Of a stretch of 64,000 bases of DNA, positions 43,305 to 54,570 are shown one piece after another. The notes below the pieces were generated by a model. That model did no database searches, was not told where the DNA came from, and saw only the letters and a program-made list of their open reading frames with translations. Source of the DNA: Paraphysomonas bandaiensis (taxonomy: Eukaryota; Protista; Chrysophyceae); NCBI GenBank assembly GCA_965644295.1, contig CBFFRP010000406.1, positions 62,001 to 126,000 of the forward strand, given 5' to 3'. The position numbers and the translations under genes are program-made. How positions within the stretch are numbered: the first letter of the stretch is position 1; every line of letters starts with the position of its first letter.

Positions 43305-44783
43305 ATGTCCTCTGATCTTCTCCCCAGCTTACCCGGCTACAAGGCTCATCCCATTCGAACTAATGGGGCAAAGAAACAGTATTTCATGACTTTAAATGGC
43401 CATAAGTTTGTTAAAGATGATTGCGGGGATTCACCTGACTGTGAGTTGAGTGCGTCCGCCTCGATTGCCACTCTCGGATCGTCTGCTTCCGCTAAATTTT
43501 TCCCATCAAGTAACGTTGATTCTTCTGTGCTTAATTTTACTGCGACAGTTGCCGATGTGCATGACTACTCTGCGAATCCAAGATCTCGAAGATGTTCCAT
43601 ATTGTATTATGTGGAAGACAATACTGTGAAAATTGTCGAACACCCACAACCCAATAGCGCATCTGGAACACTATTACGTCGGTCTGTTGTTGTTAAAGAG
43701 AACGGTTCACCTTTAACACTTGATGACTTGCAATATGGCGAGGATGTGGTGATATACGGCCGTGTATACAGTATTATCAACTGTTCCGATAGCACTCGAA
43801 CCTTTTTAGAAGACATTGGAAGAACTAACTTGCCACCACGAAAGGAGGATGATGATTGCTCTTGGAAAGACGACAAGACAGTTGAGTGGGGAACTTTCAG
43901 AAGGGAGAAAAATAATCTGAAGGTGTTTATGGAGGCCAAGCTTGGAAACACAGTGAATAATACAGGCCGCGAAGGGTTTAACGAATATGGCAACATGGTT
44001 CTTAAGTTCCTATGCATATGGGACGATTCAGAGCGGTTGTACGGTGATGTGTTGGAGTTTGTGCTGGTTTATCACTTGGCCGATGACACAATTGAGATTT
44101 TCAACAACCAATCTGGTGGGAAGGAACTCTTTCCTAAGCTACTCAAGCGTGCCCCTCTTGTCAAAGACTACGAGTCGACTGCTGATGGAGACGAAGAACA
44201 GTACTACCACTGGTCGGACTTGTATATTGGGGCAGATATCAATGTTTACTCCAGAATGTTGCACATCGTTGAGGCGGATTCCGAGACGAGAAATTTCTAC
44301 GATCTCATGGAATGCCCTCTGGGCCCTTCAGAGAGGAGCGTCGCGAAATCTTCCCGTATCTCATTTTCCCGGGACATCCCACCGCATAATGGCTTCGGAT
44401 CTGAGGAAGACTCTTTGAAGAGCTGCACTGGACCTCTGTGCCCCAGCACTGCCCCTGCTAGGAGCAATGTGTTTGAAAACAGAATCCTGTCTTTTTTTGC
44501 TAGATTGCTGACGAAGAACTCTAATGATGATAAGCGTAGGTTCGTCATATCTTTCTACATGCAGGACAGAACCATTAAAATTCACGAACCGCCAGTCCGA
44601 AACTCTGGGTATGTGGGTGGTTTGTTCTTGTCTCGGCGCAAGGTAAAGCGCTACGGAGGTTCGGACTATATCAACGAACACGATTTCGAGGTTGGGTCCA
44701 CAATTAGAATTCTGACCCACGAATTTTATATTGAAGATGCGAATGAATTTACACTCAAGTGGTTGGACTCGGAAAGGAAGTAG
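43305..44783 (+). CDS. EFHC1/Rib72-like axonemal protein with three DM10 domains
   Basis: Three repeats of VL.F.A...Y..D.T.KI.E...NS...G..L.R. Single-exon 492-aa ORF. Confidence 0.85.
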   Translation: MSSDLLPSLPGYKAHPIRTNGAKKQYFMTLNGHKFVKDDCGDSPDCELSASASIATLGSSASAKFFPSSNVDSSVLNFTATVADVHDYSANPRSRRCSILYYVEDNTVKIVEHPQPNSASGTLLRRSVVVKENGSPLTLDDLQYGEDVVIYGRVYSIINCSDSTRTFLEDIGRTNLPPRKEDDDCSWKDDKTVEWGTFRREKNNLKVFMEAKLGNTVNNTGREGFNEYGNMVLKFLCIWDDSERLYGDVLEFVLVYHLADDTIEIFNNQSGGKELFPKLLKRAPLVKDYESTADGDEEQYYHWSDLYIGADINVYSRMLHIVEADSETRNFYDLMECPLGPSERSVAKSSRISFSRDIPPHNGFGSEEDSLKSCTGPLCPSTAPARSNVFENRILSFFARLLTKNSNDDKRRFVISFYMQDRTIKIHEPPVRNSGYVGGLFLSRRKVKRYGGSDYINEHDFEVGSTIRILTHEFYIEDANEFTLKWLDSERK

Positions 44784-45135
44784 TTTTGCGTGAAGTAAGA
44801 CGACTGGGTTTGTGGTGATTACTTAGCTAGATATATTTATTTGTTACGTCATGGCTTCGCCATGTGATAAGTAATTTGATATTTGTAAGGTTACAGAATT
44901 TTACGTATACTAAGCAATTGTTGCCGTAATAATGATGCACGCTTATCAGTTATTATATTTTATATTTAGCCTTATTCTGAATGTTTTTACATGTCTGTCA
45001 ACGTTTTCATGCTTTTGATTCAGTACAACCAACCCCAACGTACGGAAGACTGGCTAGCGGCTTAGAGGTGGTATTTATCGCTACTAGTAGCTACTATGAA
45101 TTTCTGCAGCAATGAAATACCAAATGCTGGAAATT

Positions 45136-45207
45136 ATCATCCGTAGACACATGAATCAACTTTGCTATAGAAAATTTTCCATTAACATGCTCCCTCACCC
45201 AGTGATA
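45136..45207 (-). mobile_element. ~70-bp fragment of copia RNase H coding sequence
   Basis: Close match to ~25516-25587 (ATCATCCGT.GACACATGAATCAACTTTGC...CACCCAGTGATA). Confidence 0.75.
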
Positions 45208-45681
45208 GCTGCTCAGCAACAATGACATTATCTCACAATATATATACTATACTATACATTGACAATTCTTTTCTTATATTTCAATACAATAAACGTACAT
45301 ACTAGCTATAAGTGACGAATACCAACTATCCACTAGAAATTGAATACATTTTAGCAGCCTGATACTCAAATAGTAGTTGCTGATACATTTACTCTTTCAA
45401 TGTAATTATTTCTTCTCGATTATAGTTGACGTCGTCAAAGTTCTGCAATAATAATTCTTGACTCACTTTATCTTATATATTGACGCAACCAAAACAATAC
45501 ACTTCCCTGAAAACCAACATTTTCGTTCTGAAATAGCTAGCCAATAGATAACGAGTTGCACTAACATATTTTAACACATACGCACACAGCTTCCCAGAGT
45601 GCATACAACAGATGAGCTGGGTAACTTAACAACTACTGCATGTACTGTATCATATTATCACATTGCTGAAACTTATATGCA

Positions 45682-48242
45682 TCACAATGCTGCCCCTCTA
45701 TACGAAATTGAATGACACATTCTTCTACGAATCATTATCTGACCCCTGTCGTATGATATTATTCTAGGGTATTGTAGTGAATGCTTACGCCGTACCTGCC
45801 CCTCTGACTCCAATTTTCGGTCCAGCTCGGCTCGCATCATTGTATTTTGTGCCTGTAACTCGCTACGCTGCGCTTGCACAACCTAAGGACACGTACCACA
45901 CTTGACAATGCCCAATATAAAGAATACAACGCTACCTTAAGCAACTCTTGAGTCTGTTTCAACTGCTCCTGATATTGCGCTGTTGTCGCTTGCACAGCTG
46001 CCATAGCGGTCGCATGTCTTGCTGAAATAGCCTCGTTCTCTGCCCGCTGCTTCTCGACATCAGCCTTCGTCTGCTCTGCCAGACCTGTGGCACTGTTAAT
46101 TCCTGCTTGCATCTCATCCAACTTTTGCTGCAGTTCCTCCGCCACCTTGGTCTGCTGATCACGCTCCTGGGTCGCACGCTTCAGCTGAGCAGCCATCTGG
46201 TTGAGCTTTCCCTGAACTTCTTGCTTCTCTGCGGAATGCTTCGCAGTAGAATCTCCTAGTGTGGTCTGAATTGAGTGGTTCGAGAGCTGTAGAGTGCGTG
46301 CCTGAGAAGTGGCGGCGTCCAGCGACTGTTGAAGCCTCTGCAGTCGGGATTCCATATCCGCCCGCTCTTTCATGAGGTTATCTATCTTCATCTTCTGCTG
46401 TGCCAGCTTATCATTTCCCCTAGATTCGGCATCCTTCACCCTAGTATCATAAGCTGATAGTTCATGCTCAAGGCGAGAAACGCTCTCTTCTAACATGAGA
46501 GTCTTACTGCGTTCTTCCTCCTTAGCCAGTTGCGCGCGACGGACGTCATCCTTGGTGTCCTCAATAGTTTCCCTGAGACCGCGGAATTTGGAAACCAACT
46601 TCTTGAAAGCTGCTCCAAGTTCCACCTTCCACGCTTCCAGAGGTGGATGAGTCTTCTCCCATAGCTGCTCGCAGAAAGCCCCAAGTACAGCAAACTGCGC
46701 TACAACCTCTCTGACATGCTCCCTGCTGCCGATACTATCCTCTTTTAGCCGTTTGATTGCGGTCTGTAATGTTCCTAACATTGCTACGTAACGCTCTCCG
46801 CGTTGTATCATTTCAGCCCTCAACGCGCGTACAATCTGCTGTGCTTTCTCGCGGTCAGCAACCAGAATAGAGTGAACATTTTCAACTTCCTCCCCTGACA
46901 GCTCGAGACGCCTCTCCAAGTCCGCAATCTGTGCTTCTAAGTCCTCCTGTTGCGCCTCCCACGCCTCTAGTGCTGCCTGATGATCAAGTTGCGTCTGCTG
47001 AATTAATGAGTGGAGTTCTCCACACTCGTTTTGTATCGCCAAATACTTCTCTTCGGCCTGTCGTTGAGCCTCAATTGCTTCAGTGGCACGCCGCTGTGAT
47101 TCCAAAGCGAACTCCTCCGCATGGGCCTTAGTTTCCTGTGCAGCACTTTCCATCTCTTTCTGAGCATTGGCCAGCTTCTTTGCCCATCGGTCTTGATCCA
47201 TCTGTCGCTGCTTCGCATGTGCAACCAGTTCATTACCCATCTGCTCAAGTTCTTGCTCAAGACTATCTTTGTCACGAGTAGACTGCTGTAGCGCTTGAGT
47301 GAGGGATGTGATCTTGTCCTCACTTGCTCTCAGTTGATCGTCCAACTCCTCCACCTGCGCCTGCAGCTGCCTCACTGTCGCGCTGCTAGCGTCAGCCTTA
47401 CCATTAGCCTGTTGCACGCTGTATTGCATCTCCCTATGTTTATCCCGCAGAGCGTCCATAGCATGTGACATATCTTTAATGCGTTTCTCCGCTTGAAGCC
47501 GAGACTGCGCTTCCTCCTCACATCGCTTTGTTGTTTCCTCTAGAGAACGTGATAATGACAATACATGCTCCTTCAGGGATTTTTTTTCGGACTCTATGGG
47601 AATCACTTTGGCTCTCAGCTCGGCAGTCTCCTGACTGAGTGCTTCGTAACTCTGTCTTAGAATATCGTTCTGATGTATGAGATCCATGCGCTCTTGCTCG
47701 GCGTTTTCCTCCGCCTCATGTAAATCATCCTCTGTTTTCTTGAGAGCCTCCTGAAGTCGTGCCCTCTCTTCAGTTAGATCCTTCAGTAGATTTTTTCCGT
47801 CATGGTAACTTCTGGCTGCATTTTCTGCTTCTCGCTTCAAAGAATTGGCCTCGATCCTTGCATCACGACATTGCTTTGACATGGAGTCAGCAATTTCTTG
47901 GGTTATCTTTAACTTTCTCTTCGCCTCATGTAGCTCAGCATGTAGCCCTTCGTTCATGGACGCCAATTGCTTTACTTGGTTTTGTTTGGCCACAAGTTCC
48001 CTCTGACCCGCCAGCTGCATCTCTTCCAGTGACCGCATGTGCTCCAGAAGAGTGTTATTGTAATCCAGCTGAGTTGAAAGCTGATCAGCAAGCGCCTGTA
48101 GCTCATCTTTTCCAAGCGATCCATCTTTGTTTCGATCGAATGAAGCTAAGAAGTCAGTGGAATCTAGTTTCCCGTCACCAGTTGAGTCCCATTGCCTCCA
48201 GTTACTCTCTAGACTTGATTTAATGTCAGAGAGTGATGACAT
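45682..48242 (-). CDS. Long coiled-coil protein with an N-terminal EF-hand pair (3' end uncertain)
   Basis: DSTGDGKLDSTDF and DRNKDGSLGKDEL followed by ~750 aa of E/Q/K/L heptads. Confidence 0.8.
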
Positions 48243-49364
48243 TGATGGGAGAAGAGAAGAAGAGGTAGATGGTTAATCTACTCGATGCACCGCGGATGGA
48301 CAGTATGGTATGATACACAGCAGTGCATGCTCCTCATACACTCAACTAGCTGACAATAACAACACCAACAGCTCACCACTCTGCACATCTACCAGCACAG
48401 CAGTATGCAGCTGTGCAGTACAGACACACATACAAACAATATACAGCAGTACGCAAGACTATACGGTGGAATACCACACACCATACATCAAACATCAGGA
48501 ATTTCTACACTGTTTTTTGGTGCATATGAATATACGGTGGCTGTATATGTGTACTCATCTCACCGTCACCCACACACATTGCAGAGTATCCCAGTAGTAT
48601 CCGAGATATCCATCCGGGTGAGACTCAGCCAATGAGCGAAGGCTGTGCACCTCATTAATATTACAGAGTAGTTAACTCCATGGACTGTACTGGATATTGA
48701 TACTCATAATGTATAGGATGGAATCATTTTCAACTCAGTTCGTTTCGGTGAAGAGCACTGATATGCATTACAGATGAATAACACTTCCTCCAACGGGCAA
48801 CTTGAATTGCTGCGAAAGATATTGAGTGTAATTTCTCAGAGGCAAATGTAGGACAGAGAAATATATAGAACAGTACAATGAATTATTATGTCATGATGTA
48901 CATTTCACACTATTCTCTCATGATGGAATACTGACACTTCGTATTTTCAGGATGCTTGACTTCATTGTTCTGTTATGTATAGCAATATGTAGACATGATT
49001 TAAGACTAGTTTTTCAATTTTTAGCTAAAACTTGATTTATTATACGATGAGGAGACCTACGATCCCATAACTTGTAGTAACGTGTCGTTTAATCAATGCC
49101 CTATAGTAGATATGAGATGAGTTGCAGGCTTATATTTGTAGTTTATATTAGAACTGGAATGTATCAAATTTACCATCGTATATTATTATCATTGTACTAT
49201 AAAACTGCAAGAAAACATGACATTATAACAGCCACCAATAGATTGAATACAAATTGCTAAAATGAGATCATTTCCCTGCCTGAACACTCACATTACGTTT
49301 GCACTTATAAGTTATTATAAATTACAGAAAACATGAAGCAACCTATTACCAATAAAGTTTACAC

Positions 49365-50235
49365 TCAAGCATTATACAAAGATGCCCTCAAGTCATCCAC
49401 TTCGTCCTTTACAGTTGATATCGCAGTCTCGGTGAACTCTTTTGCAACTAAATTGATGACGAAGTGCTTAACGCGTGCATCCAACCGAACCACAGTTTCA
49501 TATACGGCAACATTACTGCACAGTTCATAAACAAAGATATATAGAGAACACTATATTCAAACCTGAATGAATCTTCGTGCCATAATTTTTCATACAGACT
49601 GTACAGCATATCACACAGACTGTGAAATACCTCGAGGTAGTCCAACTCGAATGGAACATGTGGATACAGCAGGTATTCGAAAACAACCTTCATAGCGCGT
49701 AATTGTATTAAACTATATACAATAAATAACATACATCGTTGTTGAATTTAAATATGGTACTGCGTATCTGGTCTTGGTCTCCTTCTGCAGGCATAAACTG
49801 CGGATAGGCATAATGAGATGTCCTGGCCATCACGTACTTCATGCCCTGCATAGGAACAGAGGCAAACATATATTCCCACTCCTCTAAAAGTTGTGCAAAT
49901 GCACGAATTATAACTGGTCCAGGCTGTAGGTCAAGTAGTTTAGATATGCTTAAACCCAAGTAGTAATACATCACAGCACGCATGGGCTGTACTTTCTCGA
50001 AAATGTGAAGGTTGAGATCGCGATGCTCTGTTAACACAGAGTTTAGCCAAAAGCAACCTCCATTATGAACCCTTTTAAGATATAAAAAGTTGTTCTTTCT
50101 TTTCTCTATGAGCGTCTCTAATCTCTGCTTTCTCTGCAGCTTCAGTGCTGCAAAAGTTCGCTCCTCCGCGAGTCGCTTCTCCACTTCATCCCCTATTTCA
50201 AGGCTACCCTTTCGCATGTCAGCATTCATGTTCAT
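49365..50235 (-). CDS. Conserved hypothetical protein, multi-exon
   Basis: ORF 49708..50235 splices into the segment containing PHVPFELDYLEVFHSLCD. Stop at ~49365. Confidence 0.65.
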
Positions 50236-50497
50236 TAAGGGAGCAGACTTGGATCAATGCACTAAATAACTTAAATTGACCTGAAATATATCGCATCGAA
50301 CTATCATACTGAATACAGCAGCTGGAGAGCAGAGCATCTAGATATGTACAACATATACGGTATACGGTTGTGTAGGGAGTACATACCATATACCACTGTA
50401 TATACTGCTGTGTCTGGATATGTGTATGCCTATATGACGAAGTGAAGATGAAGTGCATGTGATGTGCTCCTCACTGTAGAGGTATAGCTATGGTATA

Positions 50498-52817
50498 ATG
50501 TCATCAGGAGCAGCAGGAGAAGCATCAGAGTATGTGAATGTGACTGAGAGTGATGGTGATGGTGTGTGTAGTGATGACGTGAGGTCTCTTATATCCGATG
50601 AGAGGCCAGTGCTCATAGTAGACGACGCCTTCCCCGACCTATCGAACCAGTGTGCTGTGGAGCTCCAGCAGCTATGCAACAATGGCGACATGAAGCCCGC
50701 ATGTATGGGTCGAGGCGGTGTCGGTGTCCAGTGGCAGCAGGAGCTGTTTCGAGGAGATCGTGTGCAGTGGGTGTCTCCTGATGTATGCCGCACTCATAAT
50801 CTCACTGCTGTCACCGCTCTCATCAAGAAACTCATCAAGATATGCGGAGCGGTCAAGAGAGAGAACAAGCGCCCGCAGTCGATAACTGATTACTCGGTTC
50901 AGTTGGCGCTATATGTGAGTGTGGTGTGTGTAGGCATACTTCAATACATGTGTGTATATGTATATGTAGAGGAGTTCACTGGGCCATCACCTCTCCACAT
51001 GGAGAATTAGTTAACTCGTTCTTAATGTGCAGCCGGGTAATGGAGCGGCTTATACGAGGCATTGCGATGCATCTAGCAAGCCAGATGCAGATGTTATGGA
51101 TCGACAGTTGACTCTCATCTACTATTTGAATAGCTCGTGGAGCGGCGGGCAACTCAGAGTATATCTGCCCGGGAAGCATCCTGACAATGAGACAGGGAAA
51201 CAATGCATGGACATTGAACCAATACGTGGTCGTTTGGTGGTCTTTAAAAGGTACCTTGGAATGGCTCTTATGTTGATAATATGGAGGTTGTATGTAGCCG
51301 TGTAGTAGAACATGAGGTTCTGCCCACTAACAGCGAGAGAATCGCACTCACCATGTGGGCCTCCGGCCGTGGTCCACTCTGGCCAATAAATGGTAAGTTC
51401 CTTTAATTAATCATAGATAGTCGTATTACATTGAAATGCAATCAGAACAAACTCTTTCTCCTTCATCTCTTAGTCTGTCCGCCAACCGCGTTTCCACTCT
51501 CTCAGAAACTTCCAACTCTGTCTTTGTCAGAAATGCCTACGATGATGTGGAGTCATTTAAACTCACTGAGGAGATAATACAGAGACAGTCAGGAAAAACA
51601 GTGTTTGTGTCTGTGGCCAGTTACCGGGACCCAGAGTTGCAGCGTACTGTGGCTGAACTGTTCTTTCGGGCAAACGATCCGGGTCGTGTTTTCGTTGGTG
51701 TGGTTCTGCAACTGTACCCAGACTCGGACACAGAAGAAATGTACGGACTGGCGGGTGTTTTGGATGCACCTCATCCTTCTGCTAGTCCATCCATATCTCT
51801 CAAGCAGTGGATGCACTCGAATCTTCGGCTTGTCAGATTACACGCTGAACATGCGAGGGGGCCATGTTGGGCGCGTTCACTAGCTAGGTCACTTTGGTCG
51901 GGTGAGTCGTTCTATTTACAGGTGGACGCCCACATGCGATTTAGGCGATGCTGGGACACTTATCTACTAGAATTGCATGACATGTGCACTACCTTACTTG
52001 CAAACGGAGATAGTGATATTGAAACCGAAGCAGTGATATCTACATACCCTCCCGGATACGACCCTGATGGAGATCCACCCACTGACATTCGGCCTACTCT
52101 ATTGGTGAGTTTGTATCGCTCAAAACACTCACTGTCTCTTATGCGAGTCGAATGCAGGTGCCCTCTCATTTTGACGACGACGGGATACTGCGGCAAAAAG
52201 CTAGACAGTTACGATTTATTGGTGGACAGCCTCTGCGGCATCAGCTGTGGGCGGCTGGGTTTAGTTTCTCACGCTCACGGGTGATGGTGCAGGACGTACC
52301 ATACGACCCGATGTTACAGGACCTTTTTTTTGGTGAGGAGATTTCGATGGCGGCACGGCTCTTCACTCGTGGTGTTGCGTGTTTTGCTCCTCCACAGACT
52401 GTGGTGTACCACCTCTGGTCTAGGGCACACCGCCCAAGTGAGCGCCACGACCCCGATAAGCCTGGCCGAGTGAGCAGGAAACTAAAGTCCCAGCGCAGAG
52501 TCAAAGCTCTACTGGGTATGAGTCCAGAAGAGAGAACTCCTTCAGGCTATTGTGAGTCAATGCCGATGTTTGAACTTGGCAGTGCGCGTAGTATTCACGA
52601 ATTTGAAAAGGAGCTCAAAGTAAATTTTTCGTCGCAGACTATATTTGATGGAGCTGATTGCTGCGGGTTGAGCCCAGAAGTATTTGCAGATGACGTCGGA
52701 GACGTGCTTCAGGCAATCCCAGATAGAAATACTCTTGGAAGTCAGAATTCTAATATTTCTCCAAAGTTACAAGTTCTTAGTCTGGTCCAGTCCTTGATGT
52801 TGAATCCTTCAAAGTAG
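50498..52817 (+). CDS. Fused 2OG-Fe(II) prolyl 4-hydroxylase (PhyA/EGLN-like) and GT60 [Skp1]-hydroxyproline GlcNAc-transferase (Gnt1-like)
   Basis: RGDRVQW, YTRHCD, LTLIYYLN and HEVLP...RIALTMW, then VFVSVASYRDPE, ARGPCWAR, LQVDAHMRF, WAAGFSF and LFFGEEISMAARLFT. Intron 51393-51445 joins the two halves in frame. Confidence 0.85.
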
Positions 52818-53137
52818 AGAAAATGAAAATTGATATGTACAGTTGTAATCCGTTGCTTTTTATGCATGTAATATGATAGAATAAGTAATTGTTGCATCAG
52901 ACTCTCATGAAAAATGTATGTTGTACGAAGTATGAATATTATGCCGTTGTCAGAATCTACTGACATTCATATCGGGTGCCCTTATGTGAGCAACTGCAGT
53001 AAACTAGAAAACTTATAAGGGTGGGAGTGACTTAAATGCTACAGTAGTATTATTTAATCGTAAACAGGTGTAGGATAGTAAAAAACTATGACAGATTCGT
53101 GAAAGTATGCATTGAAATCCGATACGTGTCTACTTAC

Positions 53138-54406
53138 CAGGGCTGCGTATCAATTAATTGATTTTCAATTAATTGCAATTAATTGTCAATTATTGAAATT
53201 GCAATTGTTGAAATTGGGACATCGATTCATAATTGCAATTATAATTGACTCCAGCCCGCTTCAATTAATTGTCAATTAATTGCAATTAATTGATATTAAA
53301 AAACCCACCTTTTTGTGCTGAAAAGTTGTTAAAAAACGGCATTTTTAGTAAAAAATCCAATTTTTAGGATAAAAATCGAAGATTGGTGAAAGACTATAAT
53401 ATCCATAGGATTATCTCACATAGTAATTCATTTAATTAATTAGCGATAGGAGCGACAAATTGGCACCAGAAGTCATTGCACGAGTAAATAAAGTAAATAT
53501 TTGAGAAAGTAAATAAATGATGATAATAATAACGAAGAGGCTGCAATAGAGATTTGTCCTGCAGGAAAAGGGGCTCCACATTTTCCGTGATTGACCGCTA
53601 CTTGCTTCTATCTAATCATATGCGATCTTTCGAGTTTGGTTCCGATGTGTTAAAAGTCTAATTGTAGGACTATCCACCTCTATATACAGAGTATATAGTA
53701 TATACATGTATATTATGCCCTGTATTATAAAAATAAATGTTGTACAATTACAGAAGTAAGGTTACACCAGCTTGACTTCCACGACGTTTGCACATTGATT
53801 GACGAACCCTTCATAATGCACCCGATTGTTGAGCGTCATCTGGGCGACAGTGCTGCTATTATTTTTAACGCTGCTTTCGAAAAGGCAGTCGTGAAGATTC
53901 AATGTGGCAACGAAGCCGTAGCTCGAACGGCAAAGAATCAAACTAAAATATATTTGTTCGATGAGGAAGAAGAAGATTATGACGGTGCGAGTCTAGCTCC
54001 GAATGACGACGCAGCGCAACGTTTGTTTGATGGTAGCAGGCAGCGGAAGCGAGCAAGACTTAACAAGCAAACGCGTTACGGATGAAACACTTACATAGCA
54101 CAACCAATAAGGTTGAGAGGTTGCTCAGTAGAGCTACGATTGTTATGACGGGCTTGCTCAAGAGCTTGACTCCTCAACATTTAGTGCTAATTATGATTTT
54201 CGCATGAATCGTTGCCTCTGGAATGAAATGACAGTTGAGGTAGCTATATTCGCAACTAGTGTATTTTAGTACTAAATAATTGCATTTAATTGCAATTAAT
54301 TGCAGTTAATTGCAATAGTTGAAATTGAGACAGCAAGTAATAATTGCAATTATAATTGACTACAACCTGCGTCAATTAATTGACAATTAATTGATACGCA
54401 GCCCTG
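53138..54406 (+). mobile_element. hAT DNA transposon deletion derivative with a decayed transposase fragment
   Basis: Perfect 23-bp TIRs CAGGGCTGCGTATCAATTAATTG and 8-bp TSD CTACTTAC (53130-53137 and 54407-54414). Remnant TNKVERLLSRA...LTP resembles the hAT dimerisation domain (~54100-54190). Confidence 0.92.
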
Positions 54407-54570
54407 CTACTTACACTTGCAGCATACATTTTACTAACACTCCCAGTGTAATATGGACAAGAATTGTATACGAATAAAGTTTCGAATTCAGCGCTAATTT
54501 TATGCATTCGTGTTACCTGAGTATACAAACATACACACATATCGTGATGTCGAGCAGTAAAATTATTCGC

